A stretch of 64,000 nt of DNA from Gemmatimonadota bacterium (GTDB lineage Bacteria > Gemmatimonadota > Gemmatimonadetes > Gemmatimonadales > GWC2-71-9), in the NCBI GenBank assembly GCA_031402225.1, contig JANNSD010000037.1, positions 15,283 through 79,282 on the forward strand, read 5' to 3'. Both the position numbers and the translations under genes were made by a program. This document shows positions 37,737-46,756 of the stretch, one piece after another. Numbering within the stretch: position 1 is the stretch's first letter; each line of letters opens with the position of its first letter. Under the pieces are notes generated by a model. It was not told the DNA's origin, did not search any database, and was given only the letters and a program-made list of their open reading frames with translations.

Positions 37737-38908
37737 CGCTGGTGACGCCCGACCGGACCGCCCTCGCGGCGGCTCTCGAACTGGCGAACGCCGATGGCTG
37801 GCTCCTGTACGACTTTCAGGGGGTCAACCCGGTGCTGGGCCAGGTGCTGGGCATTGGTGGCATGGGCAGCCGGCGACTGTTCGTGTACCTGCCACGCACC
37901 GGAGAGCCCGTTGCGGTGGCGCACCGGATCGAACTGCAGTCGGTGGCGGGGTTTCCCGGGCGGATCCTTCCGTACGCGCGGTGGGAGGAGCTGCATGATG
38001 CCCTCCGGAGCGTGGTGGCGGGGAAGCGGGTGGCGATGGAAGTTGCCGTCGACGATGCGGTGCCGTACCTCGACCGCGTGCCGAGCGGCGTGGTGCAGCT
38101 GCTCGCCAGGCTCGGCGCGACGGTGGTACCCTCGGCGGCGCTCGTGACCCGCTTCGCGTCCACCTGGAGTGCCGACGATCTCGCCGACCACCTTGCCGCG
38201 GCGGTGGTGCTGGCGCGGGTGGCGCAGGAGGCACTGCAGCGCGCGGTGGTGGCGGGCGGCAGTGGCCTCACCGAGAGCGCCTTGCAGCAGGAGGTGATCG
38301 ACGCCATTCAGGCGGGTGGGCTCGTGTTCGATCATCCTCCTATTGTCGGGTTCGGGCCGAATGCTGCGAACCCGCACTATGAGCCGCGCGCGGGCGCCGA
38401 CCGGACGCTGGCCAGGGACGAGGTGGTGCTGCTCGACCTGTGGGGTGGTCGTCGACTGGGAGCGGTCCATGCCGACCAGACATGGATGGGCTTCAGCGGG
38501 TCGCGGCCGCCGGCGGAGGTGCAGCGCGTCTGGGAGGTGGTGCGGGATGCGCGGGATGCGGCCATCACGTTCGTACAGTCCGGCTGGTCGGCGGGCAGGT
38601 CGATATGCGGGTACGAGGTGGACCGGGTGGCGCGGGCGGTCATTACCGAGGCGGGGTACGGCGCGGCCTTCGTGCATCGGACCGGGCATTCGATCGACCA
38701 CCGGCTCCACGGGTCGGGCCCTCACCTGGACGACTACGAGACCCATGACGACCGGCAACTCCTGACGGGCACAGGCTTTTCGGTTGAGCCCGGGGTGTAC
38801 CTCGAGGGGCGGTTCGGGGTGCGCAGTGAAGTGAACATGTACCTGACGCCGGGCGCGGCGGTGGTAACCCCGGCGGGGCCCCAGCGGGAGTTGATGACTG
38901 GCAGGTGA
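37733..38908 (+). CDS. M24 family metallopeptidase (Xaa-Pro aminopeptidase-like)
   Basis: Track ORF 37697..38908. I moved the start to ATG 37733, which overlaps the upstream stop (ATGA). HRTGHSIDHRLHGSGPHL and FSVEPGVYLEGRFGVRSEVNMY are the pita-bread metal-ligand contexts. Confidence 0.82.
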   Translation: MTLVTPDRTALAAALELANADGWLLYDFQGVNPVLGQVLGIGGMGSRRLFVYLPRTGEPVAVAHRIELQSVAGFPGRILPYARWEELHDALRSVVAGKRVAMEVAVDDAVPYLDRVPSGVVQLLARLGATVVPSAALVTRFASTWSADDLADHLAAAVVLARVAQEALQRAVVAGGSGLTESALQQEVIDAIQAGGLVFDHPPIVGFGPNAANPHYEPRAGADRTLARDEVVLLDLWGGRRLGAVHADQTWMGFSGSRPPAEVQRVWEVVRDARDAAITFVQSGWSAGRSICGYEVDRVARAVITEAGYGAAFVHRTGHSIDHRLHGSGPHLDDYETHDDRQLLTGTGFSVEPGVYLEGRFGVRSEVNMYLTPGAAVVTPAGPQRELMTGR

Positions 38909-39018
38909 GGCCGGGCTGGCGTCGCTGTCGCGTTCCTTGCCGCCTGTTTCCGGGTATCCGCCGGTGTTTCAGGCGGTTACGCGCCATCACCAAAAGGTCA
39001 CGCTCGGCTCACCGTTGC

Positions 39019-39047
39019 TTGACAGCGGCGGTACCGCGCTTCATACT
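39019..39047 (+). promoter_or_regulatory. Sigma-70-type promoter: TTGACA - 17 nt - CATACT
   Basis: The -35 TTGACA is at 39019-39024, followed by a 17-nt spacer and the -10 CATACT at 39042-39047. It is the only near-consensus sigma-70 promoter I found. It implies a leader of about 210 nt before ATG 39265. Confidence 0.5.
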
Positions 39048-39264
39048 TGTCTCGCGCCGTCCCGGCCAGGACGGAGTTCCGTTGCACAACCCCAGCAGTC
39101 TCTCGACCCAAGGATGAACGCTTCGCGCGCTAGCGTGGAGCAGCGCAGTGCGCCGCAGAGGCGTATTCGTGTTTCTTAGCGAATGCTCCGGAGCGCCCGC
39201 TCCAGCGGTGATCGCATTGATGAAGGCTTCAGCAGCGCGGTTTACGCCCAGGAGGAAGGCTTCT

Positions 39265-42200
39265 ATGACACAAAGCGGAGTCAGCGCCTTCGCCCGACTC
39301 GCAAGACAGTTTGCGTTGTCGGCAGTACTGTTGCTTGCAAGCGCGGGAGCGCTGGCGGCACAGACTGGTAAGATCGAAGGCAAAGTGCGGGATCAGGCGG
39401 GTGCGCCGATCCAGAGCGCCCAGGTATTCATTGTGGGCACGGCATTCAGTGCACTCACCAATGCTCAGGGCTACTACTTCATCAACAACGTTCCGGCGGG
39501 TACGGTCGCGATCCGGGGCGCGTTCATCGGTTTCAAGAAGACCGAGGTCGAGGGCATCAAGGTGCTCGCCGGCCAGACGGTCACGCAGGACATCCAGCTG
39601 GAGCGCGCGACGGTCACCCTCGACTCGCTCACGGTCACCACGGCCGCCAACGCGCTGGTGCCGCGCGACGAGGTTACTACCAAGCAGCGTATCGACGGCC
39701 AGTTCACGGAAAACCTGCCGGTTGACCGCGTCGGCCAGGTACTGCAGCTGCAGCCGGGTGTGGTGGCTGAGGGCGCCAACGGTGCCTTCATCTCGATTCG
39801 CGGCGGCCGCAACGACGAGGCGGCGTTCTACGTCGACGGCGTCTCGGTGCAGCCGGGCAACCGGGGCACCGGCTTTGTGTCTGCCGGCACCAACGCGTCC
39901 AACGCGACCAACGGTGACGGTGGCGTGAGCGCGACCGGCGTCACCTTTGCGACCAACGGGTTCGAGGAAGTCTCGGTCACGACGGGCGCGGCGGCAGCAC
40001 AGTACGGCAATGCGCAGTCCGGTATCGTCAACATCACCTCCCGTACTGGCGGCGGCAGGTTTGCCGGCGCGGTGCGCGCCGAATCCGACGCGATGTTCGG
40101 CAATACGCTCGGCATGGGGTTCAACCGGTTTGAGGGCACCTTGAGTGGCCCGCTGGGGCTCAAGGGCCTGAGCTTCAGTGCCAACGTGGTGGGCGAAGGC
40201 AACGAGTCGTTGCGATTCGGCAAGGGCCGGGAGGACTTCCCGCTCTTCGTCACCACGGGTGTGGACACGGTCGTGTCCAACGAGAATGCCGACGGCAGCT
40301 TCTCTGACGTGAACGTCAACCAGTACTCGATTTACACCGGCGACTGCGACACGTTCTCGGGCAGCACCAACGCCGACATTTCCTCGAACAACGGTGAGGG
40401 GTGCAAGGGTGCGCGGGTGGCCAATTCGAGCTTCTCCGCGGGCCAGGTCGCCGGCAACATCAACTACTCGTATGGCAATGGTTCGCGGTTGCGCATTGGT
40501 GCCGCCGGCAGCCAGAACCAGGGGAAGAACTTCAGCTACTTCAATACGCTCAACCCCGGCGTCGCCGCGAACCAGCAGACCGGCTTCCGCGCGCAGAACG
40601 CCGTGTACACCCTGAACTGGACGCAGAACCTGTCCAAGAACGCCCAGCGCGCCCTGGCGCTCGACGTGAACCTGTCCTACCAGACCGACCGGTTCATCCA
40701 GAGCCCCTTTGCTGATGGCGGCCCCGGCACCGGCACGCTGGGATTCTACTTCAGCCCGATCCCGCTGCAGTACAACTTCGACTTCCTCGATACCCGCTAT
40801 GACGCTGACGGGAACGAGGCGGCCGGCGGGGAGTATTCGAAGCTCGATTGCTTTGTTCGCAACATCCAGTCATGCCTGGGCGCCATCGACCTGGGCGACG
40901 CCGACCAAGTGAACGCGCACCAGCCCCAGGTCACCTTCCGCTCCAACCCGTACGGCCTGGCGCAGACCTTCCCGGATGGCGGTCTCGCCAGCGCCCGGCT
41001 CCAGTTGTACAAGGAAAACCGGTACGTGGCGAACGCGACGCTCGACTGGCAGCTGGACCGGTACAACCGTATCCAGGTGGGCGGCGAGTACTTCAATTTC
41101 GACATGACCAGCTACTCCGCCTCTATTTCCAGCCAGGCGTTCTCGGATTACTGGGAGGAGAGCCCGACCCGGTACGCCGCGTTCATCCAGGATCGTCTGG
41201 ATATCGGCGACGTCGTGGTGCAGCTCGGCATCCGGTACGACTACTTCAGCACCAACGCCAACCGGTGGCAGGGATTCCCGAGCATCTCGACCAACCCGGC
41301 CCTGGAGCCGGGCGAGGATCCGACCAGCCTGTACGTGGCCGATGAGTCATTCGACTACATCAGCCCGCGGGTGCAGGTGGCCTTCCCGGTCACCGAGCGG
41401 ACGAACTTCCGCCTGTCGTACGCCCAGTCGGTCCAGTCGCCCGACTTTGCCCTGACCTTCAGCGGCATCAACACCGACCTCAGCGTGACCAACACGAACA
41501 ACGTGTATGGCCAGAATGTCGACTACGGCAAGTCCATCATCTTCGAGTTCGGCATCCAGCACGCCTTCAACGATGACATGGTCCTGGACATCTCGGCCTA
41601 CAACCGGGACAACCTGGCCAACGCCGCCGGTCGCCTGGTGACGTCGTTCAACCCTGTGTTCCAGCAGAACCAGGACCTGCGCCTCATCACCAACTCCGAC
41701 TTCGGCAACACCAAGGGCATCGACCTGCGGCTCAACCGTCGTTTCGGGCAACTGTTCAACGGCACGCTCGGGTACAGCTTCCAGAGCGCCCAAAACACCG
41801 GTAACGACCCGTTCACCTACCTGAACTTCGGTTCGCGCATCGTGAACCAGGTCACCGGCGGCAACCAGCCGCCCCCGCAGGCGATTGCGCCAGTGGCACT
41901 GTCGCGGCCGCACCAGCTGTCGGGCAGCTTCGGACTCACCTTCCCGAACGGGTGGAAGTCGGGGTCGACGGCGGGCACGATCTTCCAGAACGTGCAGGTC
42001 TTCGCGGTCTTCCGGTTCGCCAGCGGCACGGCGTACACTTCGTGCGGTAACCCGGACGGCAACCAGTCGGTGCTCTCGGGCCAGGTCTGCGGCCGCGGCG
42101 GCTTTACCAATGGGCTCAACAACACGCGCCTGCCGGGCTTCAACCAGTTCGACATGCGCTTCGTGAAGGGCTTCAACTTCGGCCGGAGCAACCTGGCCTT

Positions 42201-42621
42201 CTACCTGGATGCCCGGAACATCCTCGGCTTCACCAACACCCTGACGCAGTACGTGGTGACCAACAGCATCACCAGCGAGCTCGAGCAGGTTCAAAACTTC
42301 ACGGCTGACAGCAGCCGCAATGCGCAGGAAGGCCTCGGGAACGGTGTTTATGACGAGGCCACCGGTGCCATGAACCTCACGTTTGGTGGTGCCGGTGCGG
42401 GTGGCTGTGCCGATTGGGTCAACGCCAGCAACGCCGCCTCGGTCCCGAACTGCGTCTACCTCTCGCGGGCCGAACAGCGGTACGGCAATGGCGACGGCAT
42501 CTACTCGCTCCAGGAACAGCGGAACGCGTCGGACGCCCTGTACTTCTCCAACCAGGCCGCGCCCACGTTCTTCTACGGGCAGGGAACGGCACTGCGGCTC
42601 GGCGTGGAGTTCACTTTCTAA
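39265..42621 (+). CDS. Oar-type TonB-dependent outer-membrane barrel (CarboxypepD_reg domain + plug + large beta-barrel)
   Basis: Track ORF 39148..42621. I moved the start to ATG 39265 (GGAGGAAGG at 39251-39259). The signal peptide ends ALAA/QTG. GKIEGKVRDQAGAPIQSAQVFIVGT...TNAQGYYFINNVPAGTV is a carboxypeptidase-regulatory-like fold. The plug is LPVDRVGQVLQLQPGVV...ISIRGGRNDEAAFYVDGV. The barrel ends GVEFTF. Confidence 0.82.
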   Translation: MTQSGVSAFARLARQFALSAVLLLASAGALAAQTGKIEGKVRDQAGAPIQSAQVFIVGTAFSALTNAQGYYFINNVPAGTVAIRGAFIGFKKTEVEGIKVLAGQTVTQDIQLERATVTLDSLTVTTAANALVPRDEVTTKQRIDGQFTENLPVDRVGQVLQLQPGVVAEGANGAFISIRGGRNDEAAFYVDGVSVQPGNRGTGFVSAGTNASNATNGDGGVSATGVTFATNGFEEVSVTTGAAAAQYGNAQSGIVNITSRTGGGRFAGAVRAESDAMFGNTLGMGFNRFEGTLSGPLGLKGLSFSANVVGEGNESLRFGKGREDFPLFVTTGVDTVVSNENADGSFSDVNVNQYSIYTGDCDTFSGSTNADISSNNGEGCKGARVANSSFSAGQVAGNINYSYGNGSRLRIGAAGSQNQGKNFSYFNTLNPGVAANQQTGFRAQNAVYTLNWTQNLSKNAQRALALDVNLSYQTDRFIQSPFADGGPGTGTLGFYFSPIPLQYNFDFLDTRYDADGNEAAGGEYSKLDCFVRNIQSCLGAIDLGDADQVNAHQPQVTFRSNPYGLAQTFPDGGLASARLQLYKENRYVANATLDWQLDRYNRIQVGGEYFNFDMTSYSASISSQAFSDYWEESPTRYAAFIQDRLDIGDVVVQLGIRYDYFSTNANRWQGFPSISTNPALEPGEDPTSLYVADESFDYISPRVQVAFPVTERTNFRLSYAQSVQSPDFALTFSGINTDLSVTNTNNVYGQNVDYGKSIIFEFGIQHAFNDDMVLDISAYNRDNLANAAGRLVTSFNPVFQQNQDLRLITNSDFGNTKGIDLRLNRRFGQLFNGTLGYSFQSAQNTGNDPFTYLNFGSRIVNQVTGGNQPPPQAIAPVALSRPHQLSGSFGLTFPNGWKSGSTAGTIFQNVQVFAVFRFASGTAYTSCGNPDGNQSVLSGQVCGRGGFTNGLNNTRLPGFNQFDMRFVKGFNFGRSNLAFYLDARNILGFTNTLTQYVVTNSITSELEQVQNFTADSSRNAQEGLGNGVYDEATGAMNLTFGGAGAGGCADWVNASNAASVPNCVYLSRAEQRYGNGDGIYSLQEQRNASDALYFSNQAAPTFFYGQGTALRLGVEFTF

Positions 42622-42700
42622 CGTGGTGCATCTTCGGGCTCGGCCGAACCGCTGCAGGTTCGGTCGGGTCTGGTTGCGCTTCTACTCTGAGAGGACAGCA

Positions 42701-45700
42701 ATGAAAGTCTTGTTGCGTTCGAGAAGCCTCGCGGCGGGAGGACTGCTGGCGCTGGCGCTGGCAGCAATGATTCCTGCGACAGCCGCGGCCAAGCCGGAAC
42801 CGGGCGCGCGCCCGCGTGGCTTTCGCCTCTTCGCCCGGACACTGGGGGCGATCACGGTCAACCGGGTGTACCTTGGCCTCAGTTCGTCCAAGGGCAACAT
42901 CGGCGTCGACTCGACGAACTCGTCGACCATCGGCGGCGGATTCTGGCCGCGCGGCTCCGGCAACCAGTTCGTGTTCAACTCGGGCCTGCAGATCGCGGGC
43001 AAAGTAGACAACCCGGGCGGGGCCTGGGATGGTGACGTGACCGGCGCCTTCTTCTTCGACCCGAAGGGGACGACGGAGCACGGCGACGGTGTGGAGCCGA
43101 TTTACAACTTCGCGAACCCGGCTGACGCCGGCGCCTGGCCCGATGCCGCGAGGGTGCCAGTCGAGATCAATGAGGCCGACAACTTCTACAACCCGATCCT
43201 CCGTGGCATCATCTCGGCGTCTCAGGGCGACGTCTGGTTCGTGACCTGGGACGGCAACCCGACCCTGATTGCCGGCCGGCCGCACCCACTCGGCGTCGCC
43301 GTGGAGTCCCGCGGGCTTGCCTGGAACTACCCGACGGGCAACGAGGACATCGTCTACTTCACGTTCTCGTTCTACAACGTGACCGCGGCCGACCCGGCGG
43401 CCTACTCCGCCGTGCGGCCCGCGATCCGGCCTGTCATGCAGCAGCTAGGTGCGCAGTTCGTCAGCACGAACAGTGCAAGATTCCGGGTGGCCTTGCCGGC
43501 GGGCGGCTATGCCATTGACTCGCTGTTCTCGGCGTTCGCGGCCGACATGGACGTGTCCAACGCCGGCTCGAACTTCTGCTCGGTGAATATCCCGTTCGCG
43601 CTCGGATACTGCTACGAGCACACCTTTACATTCGACCCAACCAGTGGCGAGTCGTACGACAACCCGACCATCTGGGGCGCGCCGTTCTTCGGTGGCCCGG
43701 GCTTCGTGGGCGTGAAGTACCTCCGGAGTCCAACCGGCGTGGGTGAGATCCAGCTCTTCTCCAACACGATCAACTCGGCCACGGGCTTCCGTGATCCGGC
43801 CAACGTGTTCCAGCTCTTTCGCTACCTCTCCGGCAACCTGGATCCTTCGCAGGGCGACCAGGCCTGCAACGTCGCCGGCGGCTTTGCGGTGGGCATCTGC
43901 TTCATCAATCCAGCGTTTGCCGACGCCCGCTTCTACCAGTCCTCCACGGCGCTCAACCTGCCGCCGGGCGGCTTCGGCAGCATCGTGGTGGCATACATCT
44001 TCGCCGCCCCGGTGGCCATTCCCGGATTCACGCCGTCGGCCACCACCGACGTTACGCCAGGCAACCCGGTGATCCTGACCAACTCCGGGCTCCTGAGCGT
44101 CGGTGCCAACCAGATCGATTCGCTCACCGGATTCAACGGCTTCACCGACATCAACGGCGACGCGGAAGTTGAGCAGTCCGAGTTCCGCACCATTCCCGGC
44201 TCCCTGCTCAACAAGGCGCTCACGGCGCAGGTCATCTTCGACAATGGATTCCTGCTCCCGTTCGCGCCCACGTCGCCAAACTTCTACCTGATTCCCGGCA
44301 ACAATCAGGTGTCCATTGTCTGGCAGCCAACCTCCTCCGAGGTGACCGGCGACCCGTTCTACGCGGTGGCCAGCAACCCGGGGACCCCGCTCGAACCGAA
44401 CCTGCTGTACGACCCGAACTACCGGCAGTACGACGTCGAGGGCTACCGGCTCTATCGTGGCCGGGTGGACAACCAGGGGGCGCTCACGCTGGTGGCGCAG
44501 TTCGACTATGCCGGCACCGAAATGAACGACTTTTCCGGCCAGATCCAGCCGGTTTCCACCTGCGCACCCGAGCTGGGCGTCACCATCCTCTGCCCGGTGG
44601 CGTTCGACTACGTGCAGTTCACCGGTGTGCCGGCCACGGTGTCGACGGCCTACCCGCTGGTGGGCCAGTTTGTCCAGGTCAAGCTTGGGTCGGCGTCGCG
44701 CGTGGTCGTCAACCCAGGCCAGGTTCCCGGGGCTGACTGTATCGCCGCATCGTGTGCCCTGGTCATCGGCAACGCGGACACCGCACTCACGGGGTCGGGC
44801 GGACAGGGTGGCCCATACCCGCAGCTTAGCGACAACGGCGTGCCGTTCGGCTACATCGACCTCGAGCCGAAGAACAACTTCCGCTACTTCTACGCGGTCA
44901 CGGCGTTCGATGTGAACAGCTTCCAGTCGGGCCCGTCCAGCCTGGAGTCTCCGCGTATCGGCAAGCCGGTCACGCCCAGTGTCACCGGCTCCAACGTGGT
45001 GGCACCGCAGCTCACCTCCAGCCTGACCGGCACAGCTGGCACCGCACTCAATGTCGATGCACCCTTCGACATTGACGCGGCCACCGGCCGGTTCAGCGGC
45101 ACGCCACCGGCCACCAATGGCATCTCCGGTGCCTTTGCGCCGCTCATTCCGGCGCTGTTGCCCGCGCTGAACCTCGCTGCCAAGATCGACTCGGTGAGCG
45201 CGTACTTCAGCGAGAATCCGCTGTGTGGCGGCGTCACCAATTTCGGGGGCGGCGGCACCTGCTACATCTTTTACGTCACGTTCAAGAAGGATGGCGTCGA
45301 GACTCCGTTCGTCACGGTGACCCCGTGGCCAATCTGGAGTAACTTCGACGGCATCAACCAGTTTGAGGCGCAGCTCGGTGCCCAGCCGGTCAACATCGAC
45401 CCGGCGGCGGCAGCCACCTATGGTATCCCGGGCACGCTGACCGGCAGTGCCGCCGTAGGTATCACGCAGCGGCAGTACATCCAGTTCTCCAGCTTTGAGG
45501 GACAGGCGGCGAGGCGAGGGCTGGTGGCTAACAATACGGCCGCTCTGTGCGGAGCGAGCTTGACCAACTGCCAGACCTCGGTCTCGCCAGGAGGTTCCCG
45601 TTGGTTCCAGGGCGCCAATGAAACGCTGGACCACCCGGCAGTCAGCATCAAGGTCGGCGGGGGACTGACTGGCGTCGATACCGTCTGGGCGCCGATTCAC

Positions 45701-46690
45701 CATGTGCAGCGCGACCCAACGGCGCCAACCACGCCTGGTTCAGCGAGCAACAACGGCATTAACCAGTTCTGGGGCTACGGCTTTGCCGGCCTCGGCCGCC
45801 AAGCGGACGTGGTTCTCACATGGGGCGGCGGCGGCACCGCCTCGCTTCAGGACGTGACCCACGACGTACCGGTGGAGTTCAATACCCAGGCAGCCGCCTC
45901 CTGGGGCTTCGTCACCGATGCGGATGGCAGCGGCTACGTGGACTGGTCGGATTTCAACTATGCGCCCAATGTCGCGGAATGGTGGATCGCTCCGAACGGG
46001 GTTGATGCCGCAGACTTCTTTGGACCGGCCACCCTGGCGGATACCGTCCGCTACGTGAACACCGCCACCCCGGGTCCGGTCAGCACTCAGTTTGCCCCAG
46101 CCTCGGCAACCGGTGTGGGCATCGGCCTGTACATCAATGGTGAACGCTACATCTTCCAGCTCACCGGGGGTGCACTACCGGCGCCTGGTACCAAGTGGAC
46201 GCTCCGCACCTACAGCGGCATCGTACGCGCCGCGGCCGGAAGCGCAGCCGCCGGGACGCTGGCGGCAGGCACTACGCCCACCGGATATTCGTTCGCACCG
46301 GTCGTTCGCTCGCCGGGTATCGCCGGGCTCACGGTGCAGTTCACCGTTGCGCAGCCAACCGGCACGGTGGCCTCCACCAACCTGGACCTCCGGCAAGTGC
46401 ACACGGTGCCCGACCCGTACTACGTGACGAATGGCTTCGAGGCCACCACGGAATCGAAGGTGCTCCAGTTCGTGAACCTGCCAACCCAGGCTATCATCCG
46501 CATCTACACATCGAGCGGAATCCTGGTGAACCTGATCGAGCATAACTCGACCGATTTCAGCGGGTCGGAAGCCTGGAACCTCCGCAACCGGAACAACCAG
46601 GTGGTCGCATCGGGTGTGTACTTCTATATGATTGAAGCTGGCGACGCCCGACGGGTTGGTCGCTTCACGGTGGTGAACTTCGCCCAGTAG
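42701..46690 (+). CDS. Very large secreted protein with T9SS-type (Por_Secre_tail / FlgD-Ig-like) C-terminal sorting domain
   Basis: Track ORF 42383..46690. I moved the start to ATG 42701 (GAGAGGA upstream), giving 1329 aa. The signal peptide is MKVLLRSRSLAAGGLLALALAAMIPATAAA. The last ~100 aa (VHTVPDPYYV...AIIRIYTSSGILVNLI...EAWNLRNRNNQVVASGVYFYMIEAGD...FTVVN) follow the CTD pattern. An internal FN3-like unit (VSIVWQP...YDVEGYRLYRG...FRYFYAVTAFD) is split by an insertion. Confidence 0.75.
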   Translation: MKVLLRSRSLAAGGLLALALAAMIPATAAAKPEPGARPRGFRLFARTLGAITVNRVYLGLSSSKGNIGVDSTNSSTIGGGFWPRGSGNQFVFNSGLQIAGKVDNPGGAWDGDVTGAFFFDPKGTTEHGDGVEPIYNFANPADAGAWPDAARVPVEINEADNFYNPILRGIISASQGDVWFVTWDGNPTLIAGRPHPLGVAVESRGLAWNYPTGNEDIVYFTFSFYNVTAADPAAYSAVRPAIRPVMQQLGAQFVSTNSARFRVALPAGGYAIDSLFSAFAADMDVSNAGSNFCSVNIPFALGYCYEHTFTFDPTSGESYDNPTIWGAPFFGGPGFVGVKYLRSPTGVGEIQLFSNTINSATGFRDPANVFQLFRYLSGNLDPSQGDQACNVAGGFAVGICFINPAFADARFYQSSTALNLPPGGFGSIVVAYIFAAPVAIPGFTPSATTDVTPGNPVILTNSGLLSVGANQIDSLTGFNGFTDINGDAEVEQSEFRTIPGSLLNKALTAQVIFDNGFLLPFAPTSPNFYLIPGNNQVSIVWQPTSSEVTGDPFYAVASNPGTPLEPNLLYDPNYRQYDVEGYRLYRGRVDNQGALTLVAQFDYAGTEMNDFSGQIQPVSTCAPELGVTILCPVAFDYVQFTGVPATVSTAYPLVGQFVQVKLGSASRVVVNPGQVPGADCIAASCALVIGNADTALTGSGGQGGPYPQLSDNGVPFGYIDLEPKNNFRYFYAVTAFDVNSFQSGPSSLESPRIGKPVTPSVTGSNVVAPQLTSSLTGTAGTALNVDAPFDIDAATGRFSGTPPATNGISGAFAPLIPALLPALNLAAKIDSVSAYFSENPLCGGVTNFGGGGTCYIFYVTFKKDGVETPFVTVTPWPIWSNFDGINQFEAQLGAQPVNIDPAAAATYGIPGTLTGSAAVGITQRQYIQFSSFEGQAARRGLVANNTAALCGASLTNCQTSVSPGGSRWFQGANETLDHPAVSIKVGGGLTGVDTVWAPIHHVQRDPTAPTTPGSASNNGINQFWGYGFAGLGRQADVVLTWGGGGTASLQDVTHDVPVEFNTQAAASWGFVTDADGSGYVDWSDFNYAPNVAEWWIAPNGVDAADFFGPATLADTVRYVNTATPGPVSTQFAPASATGVGIGLYINGERYIFQLTGGALPAPGTKWTLRTYSGIVRAAAGSAAAGTLAAGTTPTGYSFAPVVRSPGIAGLTVQFTVAQPTGTVASTNLDLRQVHTVPDPYYVTNGFEATTESKVLQFVNLPTQAIIRIYTSSGILVNLIEHNSTDFSGSEAWNLRNRNNQVVASGVYFYMIEAGDARRVGRFTVVNFAQ

Positions 46691-46756
46691 TCCACTGGCC
46701 CGGTGAGCGGGGTCCCGAACGGGGCCCCGCCACCTACCCTAGGAGATCGAAAGATC

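Noticed and set aside
43445-45703. 752-aa minus-strand ORF inside the giant CTD protein gene
   Set aside because: It has the same antisense-shadow composition (R/G/A/V/D/E-rich, no signal, no motifs). The plus-strand frame has a signal peptide, an RBS and a CTD.
42701-46690. Idea that the 1329-aa protein upstream of the PorV-like gene is PorU (the T9SS sortase), as in porU-porV pairs of Bacteroidota
   Set aside because: I could not find anything resembling the C25/gingipain-type His and Cys catalytic contexts. The architecture (FN3-like pieces, Gly-rich beta repeats) looks like cargo. This is only a visual check, so a profile search could overturn it.
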